DNA of 64,000 nt from an uncultured Pseudomonadales bacterium (GTDB lineage Bacteria; Patescibacteriota; Microgenomatia; UBA1400; PJMF01): assembly GCA_964437755.1 (NCBI GenBank), contig CAYTIA010000004.1, positions 11,687-75,686 of the forward strand, written 5' to 3'. The stretch's first letter is position 1. Each line of letters starts with the position of its first letter. Positions 49,671-60,151 of the stretch are shown here, in pieces. The notes below the pieces were generated by a model, which did not search any database, was not told the origin of the DNA, and was given only the letters and a program-made list of their open reading frames with translations. The position numbers were made by a program, and so were the translations under genes.

Positions 49671-52373
49671 ATGACAGACAAAGACATCACAAACTCAACT
49701 TTACCAGAAGATGATCAATCACTCACTGAAGTTGATGCTCAAGAATCAACAACCAACGGAAGTTTAGTTGGCACAACCACTGAAACAGACTTCGGAAAAG
49801 TAAGACATACTTCCATAGTTAACGAGATGGAAAAATCTTATCTAGATTATGCCATGAGTGTGATCGTTTCTCGTGCTTTACCAGATGTTCGCGATGGCCT
49901 AAAACCTGTCCAAAGACGTATCTTATACTCGATGTATAAGAGTGGTATTCACCATACTTCAGGTTACAAGAAATGTGCTCGCATTGTAGGAGACGTTTTA
50001 GGTAAATACCATCCTCATGGAGATAGCTCGGTTTATCTAGCATTAGTACGTCTAGCTCAAGATTTTAATGTTCGCTATCCACTTGTTGACGGCCAAGGAA
50101 ACTTTGGCTCTATTGATGGTGACAGCCCCGCCGCAATGCGTTACACCGAAGCCAGGCTTGATAAAATCTCTCAAGAAATTCTTGAAGATATCAACAAACA
50201 AACTGTTCCTCTTAACGATAACTTTGATGGTTCCCTCCAAGAACCAACTGTTTTACCAGGAAAACTCCCCAACCTTTTGCTTATGGGAGCTGAGGGTATT
50301 GCTGTTGGCATGGCCACCAAAATTCCTCCTCACAATCTTAAAGAAGTGTGTAGCGCAGTTATTGAAATGATTAACAAAGGAGAGGTTGAAATAAGTGATG
50401 ACCAACTTGCCATCAATAATTTATTTTCTAATGAGATCGATCCTGAATTATTGGCCAAACTAGTAACCACGCTTCTGGAACTTGAACCAAGAGAAATTGC
50501 TGGTCAGTTTGGAAGCAATATTACTACAGATGAAATTATGGAGTTTATTCAGGGTCCTGACTTTCCAACTGGAGCAATTATTTATGATTTCAATGAAATT
50601 AAAGAGGCTTATGTTAAGGGAAAAGGTCGAGTAATCATTCGCTCAAAAGCAGAGATTGTTGAGAACAAAAATCATTTTGAGATTGTTGTTTCTGAAATTC
50701 CTTATCAAGTTAATAAATCGCGTCTCATTGAGCAGATCGCCGATTTAGTTAGAAACGATAAGATTGATGGCATCCGCAATATTCGCGATGACTCAGATCG
50801 ACAAGGTTTGCAAATCACCATTGAGCTAAAAAAAGGTTCTAGACCAAAAGTGGTTTTAAACAAGCTCTTTAAGTATTCTCAACTGCAAACAAGTTATCCA
50901 ATGAACGTTGTTGCTCTAAATAGCGAGGGAACTCCGCAGTTAATGAATATTAAGCAGGTTTTGGGGGAATACATCAGACATCGTCAATTAATTGTAGTCA
51001 AAAGAAGTTTATTTGATCTGGTCGAAGCCAGAGATCGCGCTCATATTCTTGAAGGATTATTAATCGCTCTCAATAATCTTGACGAAGTGATTAAAACAAT
51101 TCGTAACTCTGTAGACACGCCAACTGCCCATGATCAATTAATGAAAAAGTTTGGGCTATCAGATCCTCAGTCAACCGCAATCTTAGAAATGCAACTTAAA
51201 AGATTGGCAGCTTTGGAAAGACAAAAAATTGAGGATGAGTATGAGGAAATCAAAAAAACAATGATAGTTTTGACCAAATTACTCACTCATCCTAAACAAA
51301 TATTAGAAAAAATTATCGAGGAACTTCAAGAACTAATCGATAATTACGGCGATGAAAGACGCACTAAACTCATAAAAGGAAAAATTGGCGAGTTCAGCGA
51401 AATGGATCTTGTCCCCAATCAAGCTGCAGTAATTGCCCTAACTAAACAAAACTATTTAAAACGCCTCACCCCAAAAACCTTTAAGTCTCAGGGAAGGGGA
51501 GGGAAGGGGGTTAAGCTCAACATGAAAGAAGAGGATAGCATTGAAACCCTTCTTACTTGTGAATCACATGATGTTTTACTGTTTTTTACCAATAGGGGTC
51601 GAGTCTTTAAACTTAGAGCTTTTGAGGTTCCAGAATCAAGTCGAACCGCCAGAGGCACTGCTGCCGTTAATCTACTAAGTCTAAAACAAGACGAGAAGAT
51701 TCAGTCTTTATTGGTCCTTAATGAAAAAAATGATAAAGATAAATCAATCGCCCTGGCCACCAGAAAGGGATTAGTTAAAAAAACTGCAGTCAGTCAATTT
51801 GAAAATATTCGCTCCACAGGAATCATTGCTATCACTTTAAATGACGATGATGAGCTTGTTAGAGGACAAATTACCAATGGAAAAGAGGAGTTATTTTTAG
51901 GCTCTTATAATGGAAAATCAATCAGATTTAATGAAGCTGAAGTCAAAGAATCAAGTAGAGATACCAAGGGTGTTAAAGGTATTAGTCTGAAAAAAGATGA
52001 TTATGTTGTTGCTTTTGAAAAAATTGGAGACGAACTGAAGCAAGATAAAGAAGCAGCTATTCTTGTTGTTACTGAGAAAGGCATGGGAAAACGTACTCCA
52101 ATCGATCAGTATCCTGTGCAAAAACGATCTGGCCTAGGAGTTAAGATTTCTGATATTACAACTAGAACTGGAAAAGTAGCAAGCATCAGAATTATGACTA
52201 AAGAGCATAGAGAGTTGGTTATTTCAACTGAAAAGGGGCAAACTATTAAACTTGCTAATAGCAAAAGAACCCTTCCTTATTTAACTCGTCCAACCCAAGG
52301 TGTAATCTTAATGAAACTTCCAAAAGATGATAAGGTTGTTACAACTGCCCTAACTGAAGAGGAAACAGAATAA
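49671..52373 (+). CDS. gyrA: DNA gyrase subunit A
   Basis: [24 protein letters not shown], GyrA box QGRGGKG, beta-pinwheel repeats. Confidence 0.97.
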   Translation: MTDKDITNSTLPEDDQSLTEVDAQESTTNGSLVGTTTETDFGKVRHTSIVNEMEKSYLDYAMSVIVSRALPDVRDGLKPVQRRILYSMYKSGIHHTSGYKKCARIVGDVLGKYHPHGDSSVYLALVRLAQDFNVRYPLVDGQGNFGSIDGDSPAAMRYTEARLDKISQEILEDINKQTVPLNDNFDGSLQEPTVLPGKLPNLLLMGAEGIAVGMATKIPPHNLKEVCSAVIEMINKGEVEISDDQLAINNLFSNEIDPELLAKLVTTLLELEPREIAGQFGSNITTDEIMEFIQGPDFPTGAIIYDFNEIKEAYVKGKGRVIIRSKAEIVENKNHFEIVVSEIPYQVNKSRLIEQIADLVRNDKIDGIRNIRDDSDRQGLQITIELKKGSRPKVVLNKLFKYSQLQTSYPMNVVALNSEGTPQLMNIKQVLGEYIRHRQLIVVKRSLFDLVEARDRAHILEGLLIALNNLDEVIKTIRNSVDTPTAHDQLMKKFGLSDPQSTAILEMQLKRLAALERQKIEDEYEEIKKTMIVLTKLLTHPKQILEKIIEELQELIDNYGDERRTKLIKGKIGEFSEMDLVPNQAAVIALTKQNYLKRLTPKTFKSQGRGGKGVKLNMKEEDSIETLLTCESHDVLLFFTNRGRVFKLRAFEVPESSRTARGTAAVNLLSLKQDEKIQSLLVLNEKNDKDKSIALATRKGLVKKTAVSQFENIRSTGIIAITLNDDDELVRGQITNGKEELFLGSYNGKSIRFNEAEVKESSRDTKGVKGISLKKDDYVVAFEKIGDELKQDKEAAILVVTEKGMGKRTPIDQYPVQKRSGLGVKISDITTRTGKVASIRIMTKEHRELVISTEKGQTIKLANSKRTLPYLTRPTQGVILMKLPKDDKVVTTALTEEETE

Positions 52374-52438
52374 ATAAGGTGGCCTCGGATATTTTCTTAA
52401 AAAATTTTTGATGATTAGAGAAGAGTAGTGATAAAATG

Positions 52439-52512
52439 TGGACTCAGCGGGGCTCGAACCCGCGACCTCTTACATGCCATGCAAGCGCTCTAGCCAACTG
52501 AGCTATGAGCCC
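52439..52512 (-). tRNA. tRNA-Ala(GGC)
   Basis: Acceptor GGGCTCA/TGAGTCC with G3:U70, anticodon arm CTTGC-ATGGCAT-GTAAG; no CCA. Confidence 0.96.
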
Positions 52513-52876
52513 ATCAATGTTTTACAATCAGTTATTTTAACACAAGCACAAGTTCATGATAATAAGAATATATTGATATAGATAATTACCTATATGATAT
52601 CTTAGTTTAAGATAATAAGTATATAGATATCTTTTATTATATAAATCAATCGTTTAATATATTCTTATTAAGAAGATATTCAGAGCTCTCTTTGCTCGCT
52701 ACTATTTCTAAATAGTTTTAATTAATATGAAACAATTTCCCAAGAAAGAGAATTGGCAATCTTATATTGTATTTTCATCATAAAAATTATGATGATACAT
52801 CAAGCAATGTATGAAAATTAACATATTAGCACTCTTTTTGCTCATCTGCTAAAAAAACAGCCATTCATTTTCCTAA

Positions 52877-53842
52877 TTAACTATCTAGTTTTCCTCGAGT
52901 TCTTAAGTCTGAGTGATACTTTTCATGGATCTGTCTCAACTTAGGCTGCGTTACGTGAGTATAGATTTGAGTAGTGGCAATATTTTTGTGACCAAGTAGC
53001 TCCTGAACATCTCTCAGTCCAGCTCCATTATTTAATAGATCAGTAGCAAAACTGTGTCTAATACCGTGAGGAGTTAACTGCACAACCAGCTTAGCTTTTC
53101 TGGCATACTTTTTTACAATCCTCTGCACACTCCTTGATGAAAGTCTAGCACTTTCTCCATCCTCAGTAATGTCTGGTTTCTTACCAGAGTAATGAATAAA
53201 AACAGGTATCCAGTTATCATCTCTAGAGCTTAAATATTTTCGTAACCAAATAGTAGCCTGTTCACTTAAAAATACCACTCTAGGCTTTCTTCCTTTTCCG
53301 ATCACTCCAAACTCTTTGCGTTCTAAATCTATCTGATCACGATCTAAACTTACTAACTCACTAACACGCAATCCTGTTGAAAAAAGTACTTCTAAAATAG
53401 CCCTGTCCCTTAAGCCAGTCTTTGTTGAAAGAGTAGGCTGAGCCAATAATCTCTCCATCTTATCTGATGTTATAAACTGCATTGAGGTTGGTTCACCTTT
53501 AGGAAGATCGATCTTCTCTGGGTGAAGAACTTTAATATCATTTTTTACTAACCACTTGAACCAGGAACGAATGGCAATTACATGATAGCTCTGAGTGGTT
53601 TTAGCTAGAGTTTCACCCTGATCATTATCTAATCTATTAAGATAAACTCTATATTTTCTGAGTAAATCTTGATTGATCTCGACTAAACTTGAGCAGTTTT
53701 GAGAATTGCACCAATCAATAAACCTCTGTAGATAATGTCTATAATTTCTGATTGTTAATGAGCTTAAATTTTTTTCAACTTCTAGATGTTCCAAAAAGTT
53801 AATCATTGAAGACTGAAGAGGATTCTGTTTTTCATTTTTCAT
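52877..53842 (-). CDS. Xer-family tyrosine recombinase
   Basis: SAM-like N domain; TGLRVSEL, GKGRK, HGIRHSFAT, LLGH, TTQIYTH. Confidence 0.94.
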   Translation of the reverse strand: MKNEKQNPLQSSMINFLEHLEVEKNLSSLTIRNYRHYLQRFIDWCNSQNCSSLVEINQDLLRKYRVYLNRLDNDQGETLAKTTQSYHVIAIRSWFKWLVKNDIKVLHPEKIDLPKGEPTSMQFITSDKMERLLAQPTLSTKTGLRDRAILEVLFSTGLRVSELVSLDRDQIDLERKEFGVIGKGRKPRVVFLSEQATIWLRKYLSSRDDNWIPVFIHYSGKKPDITEDGESARLSSRSVQRIVKKYARKAKLVVQLTPHGIRHSFATDLLNNGAGLRDVQELLGHKNIATTQIYTHVTQPKLRQIHEKYHSDLRTRGKLDS

Positions 53843-54598
53843 GTGCCAGTCTCATTATAGCTTAGAAAAATGAGAAAATATGAGAGCTAACTCAAGAATT
53901 CCAGAGGTGTGATTTTTAGCAGAGGAGGGGATTAGCTGCTAAATTGACGATTATCAATTTTTACTTGATGTATAGGTGTTTTTAAACTATTATTTAAAAA
54001 AATCTTATCACTTATATACCTTTTGATATCTTTTGATGATGTTAAATTACTATTCAATTATATCATCAATACACAGAATTTTCGTAAAATGTGTAGCATA
54101 TCAATTGGATTCATTTGTATTAAAAAAAATACTAAAAGTTAATTATGTCTTCCTTTAATTACTAAAGTAATTAATACTGATAGCAAAAAAGTATGGTTTA
54201 AGCAGATTAGAATACTGAGAATTATCTTTTTATGAAAAATACTAACAGTCGTATACGTAAACACAGTTTATCTCTTTTTAGACTAATAATTGATATATCA
54301 GTCTTTTATTAATATAAAATTCAGCAATTTACTAGAGATAAGCCTACTTAGAGGCTCAAAAACGGCTTTTTAATTATCTTTGCCTAGCTAGTATCATGAA
54401 ATAAAATTACTCTCATATCTATTTTGTATATGTTTGATAGTAATTGCTAGAAATAATAAGGAGGCTAAAGATTGATGACATCGTGGAGGAGAATTATTAG
54501 AAAAACATACCATGTATTTGAATATTAGATAAATAATCTAAAAACATCAGATTAATAAAAAAAGAAAGAAAATTTAAAACCGAGCCTATCTTAGGTGT

Positions 54599-54626
54599 AT
54601 GTCGCAAAAGTTATATTGTGCGACAT
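54599..54626. other. putative dif (Xer recombination) site
   Basis: ATGTCGCAAAA-GTTATA-TTGTGCGACAT: 11-6-11 layout, arms inverted with 1 mismatch, in the gene-free region upstream of xer. Confidence 0.78.
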
Positions 54627-55002
54627 AAGAACTTTCTTTATTTTGATTAGGGTCTTCCTAAGAGTAGAGGCCAACTCTCTCTATTCAATCTAGGTTCGTT
54701 CCATTGGTCTTATGATTTTATCTCTCCCTCTCTCATGAGCACTTCTCCTGCAACCCCCAAAAAATCAAATCTTAATCTTAAGAAATATAAAGTTAAGAAT
54801 CAGCATTCGGGTTATTTACTTTTTACCTTAAATTGTACAAAATGATACTTTACTCAACTCACCTCCATCTCGCTCTCCTCACAAGTCCCTTGTTACAGAA
54901 ATAGACCTAGACATAACTATTCAGGCATAATTGTTGTGAATTAAGTGTAAATTCTTTGCTTTTTGTGAATCGGAGCGCGGTAACCAGGCTTAATTATCAA
55001 AG

Positions 55003-55011
55003 TTATCCACA
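55003..55011 (+). promoter_or_regulatory. consensus DnaA box
   Basis: TTATCCACA; degenerate boxes at about 54935 and 54964; function unproven. Confidence 0.45.
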
Positions 55012-55016
55012 TTGTC

Positions 55017-55052
55017 AACTATATCAAAGCACATCATTTAACTATATCAAAG
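55017..55052 (+). repeat. 13-bp direct repeat, two copies 23 bp apart
   Basis: AACTATATCAAAG at 55017 and 55040; partial copy TATCAAAG ending at 55002. Confidence 0.65.
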
Positions 55053-55332
55053 TATATTAGCACTCATTTATTATAGGATCCTCTTCTCTAGTTCCCCCAT
55101 TATTTTTTTTACCTATTCTCTATTTCCATTTTCTATTAAAAACTGTTTAATAATTAATGTTTTATACATTTATTCTTGTCTATAATTGACTGATTTTATT
55201 TTCAAGTTATTTCCAATCTCAATATACATATATTGAATAGATTACTTAAATTTCATTTTCACTCTACTCTATTTTTTTACCGCAATATCAGCGAAAAATA
55301 AATTCGTTATTAACTCTATGATAGTGAAAATG

Positions 55333-56100
55333 TTACTTTAGAGGAAAAAAGATTAGAAACAGAAAAGCCAGAAAAATCCCCATTAACGAAAACTCTCTAA
55401 CAGTACTCTTAAATAGTCTTCCTCTTAAAAAGGAGTGCAATATTCCAAGAGTCAAGTATATTAACCCAGTTATAAATAACGAGGCATTCCATAATGAAAT
55501 AGGTAATAAAGAAAGAAGCATGGCAAACTCAGTCATAAATAAACTAATCAGTAATGAGTACACCAACAAGTCTTTAGCAATAAAATCCTCAAGATTGACC
55601 GACCACAGCGAACTAAAAACTAGTGGATAATGTACTAAGCCAATCAATAACCCATTCCCCCAAAATGGTAGTTTTAAAGAGAAAATTGTGTTTGTAAATA
55701 GTAATGATGTTAATAATACAATTAAAAAGCCAATTGCATGAGCAGCATATAAAAGTTGAATTGTTCTCCCCTTAGCCACTGAAAAAATATTGCATGTTAA
55801 AAAAAGCGCATATAAACCAAGTCCAAATAAAAAAAGCACTAAAGAGCGACTAAGAATATTGGTTGGAAGCAAAAAATAGAAAAATGATACAGATAATGCA
55901 AATAGGGTTGGTAAAGGAATTATTGTAAAACGCTCATGAAGTTGAAGATCATCAGATAAAGCCCATGACGCAGCTAAATAAGTCAATACTCCCAATCCAG
56001 CTACTCCCCAGTATTTCCATTCGATAGATACATATTGTAATGCAAAAAAAGCAAGTGATAAAAGAAATGTTGAAATAACAAATTTTTCTCTTCTTCTCAT
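55333..56100 (-). CDS. polytopic membrane protein (resembles DUF5656)
   Basis: About 8 hydrophobic segments, NIFSVAKGRTIQLLYAA; family name from recall only. Confidence 0.6.
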   Translation of the reverse strand: MRRREKFVISTFLLSLAFFALQYVSIEWKYWGVAGLGVLTYLAASWALSDDLQLHERFTIIPLPTLFALSVSFFYFLLPTNILSRSLVLFLFGLGLYALFLTCNIFSVAKGRTIQLLYAAHAIGFLIVLLTSLLFTNTIFSLKLPFWGNGLLIGLVHYPLVFSSLWSVNLEDFIAKDLLVYSLLISLFMTEFAMLLSLLPISLWNASLFITGLIYLTLGILHSFLRGRLFKSTVREFSLMGIFLAFLFLIFFPLK

Positions 56101-56669
56101 TCTATAGAGTTTACTTGATTTAACTCTTCAACGCTACAATAAACTCCCTCAACATCATCTAGTTCAAGTAGAGAATCAATTAATTGTTGAAGCTGCTGAT
56201 GATGATCTTGATCCTGAGTAGAAAAAGAAATAGTGCACTGATATCGTCCAATGCTATCTCTTTGGAACATATATTTAACTGATCCTGGAGAACCCAAAGA
56301 CCCCCCCGCTCTACTTAGAACAAATCTTATTTCTGCAGTAGTACGATTTTTATTATCTGTCATACATACAACCATTATTCCTATCCCCTTAGAATCAAAT
56401 CCCTCGTAGACAACCTCTTGCAGGCTACCCTCTTGCCCTTTTCCAAGACCTGCTTCAATAGCTCTTTTGATATTTTCTTTTGGTAGGTTAATTTCTTTAG
56501 CTTTATCAAGCCACAATCTTAAGTTTATATTTGTATCTGGATCACCAGAGCCAGTTTCTCTAACTGCGCTTCGAATACCTCTAGAAACTTTACTAAACTC
56601 CTTGCCCCTTTTATGATCCTCTGCGGCCTTCTTATGCTTAATATTAGCCCATTTACTATGTCCCGCCAT
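56097..56669 (-). CDS. yebC: YebC/PmpR family protein, short form
   Basis: MAGHSKWANIKHKK, YEG, TDNKNRT, GGSLG, LDDVEGVY. Confidence 0.93.
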   Translation of the reverse strand: MAGHSKWANIKHKKAAEDHKRGKEFSKVSRGIRSAVRETGSGDPDTNINLRLWLDKAKEINLPKENIKRAIEAGLGKGQEGSLQEVVYEGFDSKGIGIMVVCMTDNKNRTTAEIRFVLSRAGGSLGSPGSVKYMFQRDSIGRYQCTISFSTQDQDHHQQLQQLIDSLLELDDVEGVYCSVEELNQVNSIE

Positions 56670-56939
56670 TGTTTTTATCTTTCACATTATTGTTAAGTGC
56701 TTTAAATAAAATACAAGATTTCATCTAGCTCAATTATATCAAACCTGACTAAATAATTCCGAAATAAACTAGCTCACTACACTAAAAATTTATTAACAGA
56801 TTTATTATATATAGTTAGTGTTCGAGTTTGATTTTAATCTAACTTGACAACCTGATTAAAAATCATTATCCTTTGACACAATTGACACTAGAATTTTCCC
56901 TAACTAGAAAAAGTTTATTTTATCTACATCTAGAATCAT

Positions 56940-57746
56940 ATGAAAAATATCGCCCCTCTCCAAAAACAAGCAGTTGAAGCTGCAAAGCAAAGTAGGTGGT
57001 CAGAAGCTATAGAGCTTAATCAAGAAATTCTTCAAGAAAATCCCTGCAACATCAATGCTCTTAATCGGCTTGCCTTGGCGCAAATGCAGTTTTCTCAAAT
57101 TGAGGAAGCAAAACAAACACTTTGTCGAGTACTCGAATTAGACAAACTCAACAAAATAGCCCTAAAAAATCTTGAGAAAGCAAAAAAGAAACAAAAAGGG
57201 AAAGTAGCTCAATTCAATCAATGTTCTTCATATATAGAAGAACCAGGAAAAGCAAAAGTAATTGATTTGACAAGACTAGCAGATAATAAGAGTTTGAAAA
57301 GATGTGCTGTTGGTCAAAAATGCATCCTTGACCCAAAAAAAAGTTTAATTTCAATAAATATTGCTGAAAACAACAGTTATCTAGGAACCTTGCCAAAAGA
57401 GATTTCGGCCAGACTAATTAATCTCATCAATAGCGGAAACGAGTATGGGTGTGTTATTCACTCTATTGAGTCAGATCAAGAAAAATGCAAAGTATATATT
57501 GAAGAGCTAAAAGTATCTTCAAAAAATCTTGGGAAAACTTCATTTCCAATAACCATAGAAACCGAATATCAAGATCCTGAAATAATATCTCTCGAGCATG
57601 AGTTAAAGAACAATCTTCCAATTAATTATGAAGGCGATGGCGATGACGAAGATATTTCTGAAGAGGATAAACAAGATAACTTCGAGGATGCAAATAAATC
57701 ACTTCTCAGCTCATCTATTCAAGATGACAGCGATGAGGATGAATAA
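56940..57746 (+). CDS. TPR protein with possible HIRAN-like domain and acidic tail
   Basis: TPR ALNRLALA..VLELD, EEPGK, YLGTLP..RLINLI..GN, D/E-rich end. Confidence 0.72.
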   Translation: MKNIAPLQKQAVEAAKQSRWSEAIELNQEILQENPCNINALNRLALAQMQFSQIEEAKQTLCRVLELDKLNKIALKNLEKAKKKQKGKVAQFNQCSSYIEEPGKAKVIDLTRLADNKSLKRCAVGQKCILDPKKSLISINIAENNSYLGTLPKEISARLINLINSGNEYGCVIHSIESDQEKCKVYIEELKVSSKNLGKTSFPITIETEYQDPEIISLEHELKNNLPINYEGDGDDEDISEEDKQDNFEDANKSLLSSSIQDDSDEDE

Positions 57747-57765
57747 ATTGATTAATAATATCGCC

Positions 57766-58722
57766 TTAATAAGAGCTTCCTAAGACAATAACTATATCGG
57801 CTCTGTATCTAGATACTAATGAATCTGACTCCTCATTATCTTGAATTTTGTACTTATTAAACAGCTTGTCACCTATTTCTGTCGATAACTGTCTACACCC
57901 ATTTTTATTTGAAACTAAGATACTATTTTGATTATTCTTTTCGCCGACACTATCAACTCTTATCACTCGATATCCAGTTGACTCAAGGGTGCTAGAGATT
58001 TTTTGTGCATAACCAGAAATATTTGTTGCATTTAAAACTGCAATTGAACACTCACTTGAAGCTGAGCTTGGAGGTAGTTGAGATTTAGGAAAAGATACTG
58101 GCGGAATCCAACTAGCAAAGAAGGCTGTGATAAATTCATAGCTTGATTTTTGAATTGAAGAAAATGAGATCTGACTAATTATGTTCTTCTCGACTTCAGA
58201 TTTAATCTGAGTTAAAACTGACTTATCCTCTAAAAAATTACACTGTATTTCTTCATTAACAATAATTGCTTCATCAATTAATCTATTGGTAATCCAGAAC
58301 AGCTTTGCATTTTTTAAAGGTATCAGTTCTTTTTGAGTAAAGCTCAAATAATCAGCTATTGTGCCCTCTTCCATAACTTGATTACTAAAATTAGCCCACT
58401 GAAAAACGTAGTCACTATCAACTGAAAATAATCTTATCTTATTAGAACTTTTTTCTAAAAATACATAGTAAATTTTATTGATTTCAGAATCAGAACATTT
58501 AAATATGTACACATAAGGTCCAAAATCATTATGTTTCTTAAATTGAGGGAAAAAAAGCCAAATAGAAGTTAATAAAATTAAAAAAACAGAAATCAAAATT
58601 GTGAAGATTATTAATAACTTGGCAATTTTTCTGTATATCAAAAAAAAACACTTTATAAAAAAGTGGCTCTTTGATTTTCTTTTTTCGCTTGAAAGTTTAT
58701 TGTAATCCTTCATAGAACACAT
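57766..58722 (-). CDS. membrane protein with LytR C-terminal domain
   Basis: TM near N-terminus; IAVLNATNISGYA...ADIVIVLG. Confidence 0.8.
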   Translation of the reverse strand: MCSMKDYNKLSSEKRKSKSHFFIKCFFLIYRKIAKLLIIFTILISVFLILLTSIWLFFPQFKKHNDFGPYVYIFKCSDSEINKIYYVFLEKSSNKIRLFSVDSDYVFQWANFSNQVMEEGTIADYLSFTQKELIPLKNAKLFWITNRLIDEAIIVNEEIQCNFLEDKSVLTQIKSEVEKNIISQISFSSIQKSSYEFITAFFASWIPPVSFPKSQLPPSSASSECSIAVLNATNISGYAQKISSTLESTGYRVIRVDSVGEKNNQNSILVSNKNGCRQLSTEIGDKLFNKYKIQDNEESDSLVSRYRADIVIVLGSSY

Positions 58723-58770
58723 AGAGCTATTTAACTCTATGCATTCTTTACTTTAACAAAAATTTAACAA

Positions 58771-59247
58771 CTATTCAGAAGCTATCTCTTCACCAAGCTC
58801 AAATCTCTTAAATCTCGTTAAAACCATCTTTTCTCCAATTTTCCCACTCAATAACTTTATTAGCGTTTCAATCTTGATACTGGAATCTCTAATAAAATCT
58901 TGTTCAAGTAATTCTTCAACTGTTGCGGGATTCATGGCAACAACTTGCATTGCTACATTCTTAGCCATTTCTTGAAACTCGCTATTCTGAGCAACAAAAT
59001 CTGTTTCGCATCTAATTTCGACCAATGCTCCCACCTTACCATTACTATGAACATAGTGTGCTATTAGTCCAGCTGTAGTAGCCCTATCCTGGTTCTTTTC
59101 AGCTCTTGCTAACCCCTTTTCAGCAACAAGAGCTTCAGCCTTTTTTAAATCACCCTCAGCTTCTTCAAGAGCTTTCTTACAGTCTAAGACTCTTGCTCCG
59201 GTTATTTCTCGTAATTTTTTTATTTCTTCTGCTGATATTTTTGTCAT
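58771..59247 (-). CDS. tsf: elongation factor Ts (short form)
   Basis: IKKLREITGA..DCKKAL, CETDFVA, KIGEKM..RF. Confidence 0.96.
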   Translation of the reverse strand: MTKISAEEIKKLREITGARVLDCKKALEEAEGDLKKAEALVAEKGLARAEKNQDRATTAGLIAHYVHSNGKVGALVEIRCETDFVAQNSEFQEMAKNVAMQVVAMNPATVEELLEQDFIRDSSIKIETLIKLLSGKIGEKMVLTRFKRFELGEEIASE

Positions 59248-59249
59248 TT

Positions 59250-59972
59250 CTACCTCTCTTGTTTACCTAGTTGATAAGCCTTAGCTATTTCTTCGACTAT
59301 AAAAGAGATACTCTTAACAGAGTCATCATTAGCTGGAATAAGTAAATCAACCAAATCTGGATCAGCATTAGTATCTGCTAAAGCAACCAAAGGAATTGAA
59401 GCAGAATTAATTTCAGTAACTGCAACTCTTTCCTTAACCGGATCGACTACAAAAACCACATCGGGAGAAGATTTTATCTCTCTGATTCCTTCAAAGAATC
59501 TTTGCAATCTGGTTAACTCTTTTTTTAGTTGGGATTGTTCAAACTTGGTAAAAGATTTATATTCTCCGGCTTTAAACTTATTCTCCATCGAGATCATTCT
59601 TTTTATCGACTTGCTTATCTGCTCCCAATTTGAAAGAAATCCACCTAGCCATCTGGACGTTACATGCATCATTCCGGCTTCCTTTGCAACTTTCTCAACC
59701 ACTTCACGAGCATGTCTTTTTGTACCAACAATAATTACTTGTTTATTTTGTTTACCCAATTGATAAAAATAGTTGTAGGCTATTTGAAGTTGTTGAGCAG
59801 TTTTGGCAAGATCAAATATATGAACACCCTCTTTGTCAGAGTAAATATACTTATCCATTTTTGGATTCCACTTACTTCGCTGGTGTCCAAAATGACACCC
59901 AGCATCCAGCAAATCCTTCAAATCATATTCTGGAGCTTTATTAGATAATTTGGAGAAATCAATTTTTGACAT
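59250..59972 (-). CDS. rpsB: 30S ribosomal protein S2
   Basis: AGCHFGH..WNPKM, VGTK, RWLGG, DTNADP, PANDD. Confidence 0.97.
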   Translation of the reverse strand: MSKIDFSKLSNKAPEYDLKDLLDAGCHFGHQRSKWNPKMDKYIYSDKEGVHIFDLAKTAQQLQIAYNYFYQLGKQNKQVIIVGTKRHAREVVEKVAKEAGMMHVTSRWLGGFLSNWEQISKSIKRMISMENKFKAGEYKSFTKFEQSQLKKELTRLQRFFEGIREIKSSPDVVFVVDPVKERVAVTEINSASIPLVALADTNADPDLVDLLIPANDDSVKSISFIVEEIAKAYQLGKQER

Positions 59973-60151
59973 ATCGTGTCCTTGTTCTTCTTGATTGTTT
60001 TATATTAATGTAATCAAGAACAGCCAAAATGAGAAAAATCAGGACTTTATCTCAATCAGCTTTAATTATTAAAGTTTAAGTCTGAAAGTATACCATAAGA
60101 TAAACTCGTTAACAACATAAATAATTAAAAAAAGTATTTAAAAAATTACCT

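Noticed and set aside
54991-55052. CRISPR array
   Set aside because: Repeats are 13 bp with a 10-bp gap, only two full copies, and no cas genes in the window
52439-55332. Integrative element or prophage at tRNA-Ala with the tyrosine recombinase as integrase
   Set aside because: The recombinase looks like a housekeeping Xer, sits on the 5' side of the tRNA, and I found no duplicated tRNA 3' end or cargo genes
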